From Felis catus (taxonomy: Eukaryota), in NCBI RefSeq assembly GCF_018350175.1, contig NC_058369.1, forward strand, positions 8,000,001 to 8,064,000: a stretch of 64,000 nucleotides of DNA, in the 5' to 3' direction. A program made the translations under genes and the position numbers. The notes beneath the pieces were generated by a model. That model had not been told where the DNA came from. It saw only the letters and a program-made list of their open reading frames with translations, and ran no database searches. Of the stretch, positions 63,590 to 64,000 are shown in pieces (within the stretch, counting starts at the first letter, position 1; every line of letters starts with the position of its first letter).

Positions 63590-64000
63590 CTATTTTAAAA
63601 ATTTCTGTTAATGTTTACTTCCTTTTGAGAGAGAGAGAGAGATAGAGAGAGAGCATGCGTGGGAACGTGATAAGCAGGGGAGGGGCACAGAGAAAGAGGG
63701 AGACACAGAATCCGAAGCAGGCTCCAGGCTCCGAGCTGTCAGCACAGAGCCCGACGTGGGGCTCGAACTCACAAACTGGGAGATCATGACCTGAGCCGAA
63801 GTTGGACGCTTAACCGACTGAGCCACCCAGGAGCCCCTTGTTTATTTATTTTAAATGCTTATATATTTTTGAGAGAGGGAGAGAGAGACAGAGTGCGTGC
63901 GCGTGTATACGGGGAGGGGCAGAGAGAGAGTGGGACAGAGGATCCAAAGCGGGCTCCATGCTGACAGCAGAGAGCCCCATGCAGGGCTCGAACCCATAAA
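63590..64000 (-). mobile_element. Two tandem CAN-SINEs (second truncated by the window end)
   Basis: Consensus match. Confidence 0.9.

Overview
Mammalian genomic DNA, almost certainly from a felid (it is dense in carnivore tRNA-derived CAN-SINEs, including young Felidae-type copies). Gene order matches human 19p13.2. All three genes lie on the + strand: the 3' half of SLC44A2/CTL2 (11 internal exons and two paralogous alternative last exons, 440-~6935), the complete ILF3 (NF90/NF110) gene (CpG-island promoter ~17.6-18.8 kb, non-coding exon 1, ATG-only coding part in exon 2, NF90 and NF110 terminal exons; hand-summed exons give 706 aa for NF90b and 900 aa for NF110b), and the first three exons of QTRT1. 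Intergenic DNA holds an RPL35 processed pseudogene, a DNPH1 processed pseudogene nested between L1 sequence and split by a SINE, and about 50 SINEs plus L1, MIR/L2, MER and MaLR fragments. The most interesting signals are a 70-nt tailless U4 snRNA retrocopy with a perfect 14-bp TSD inside a SINE upstream of ILF3, a U12-type intron in SLC44A2, a distant TACTAAC branch point with a ~225-nt AG-free zone before the alternative SLC44A2 last exon, a TGFV-stop acceptor hidden in the NF90 3'UTR, and a candidate ILF3 poison exon. There is no evidence of a prokaryote-type system. Gene and repeat identities come from recalled homology, not from searches; repeat boundaries are approximate.
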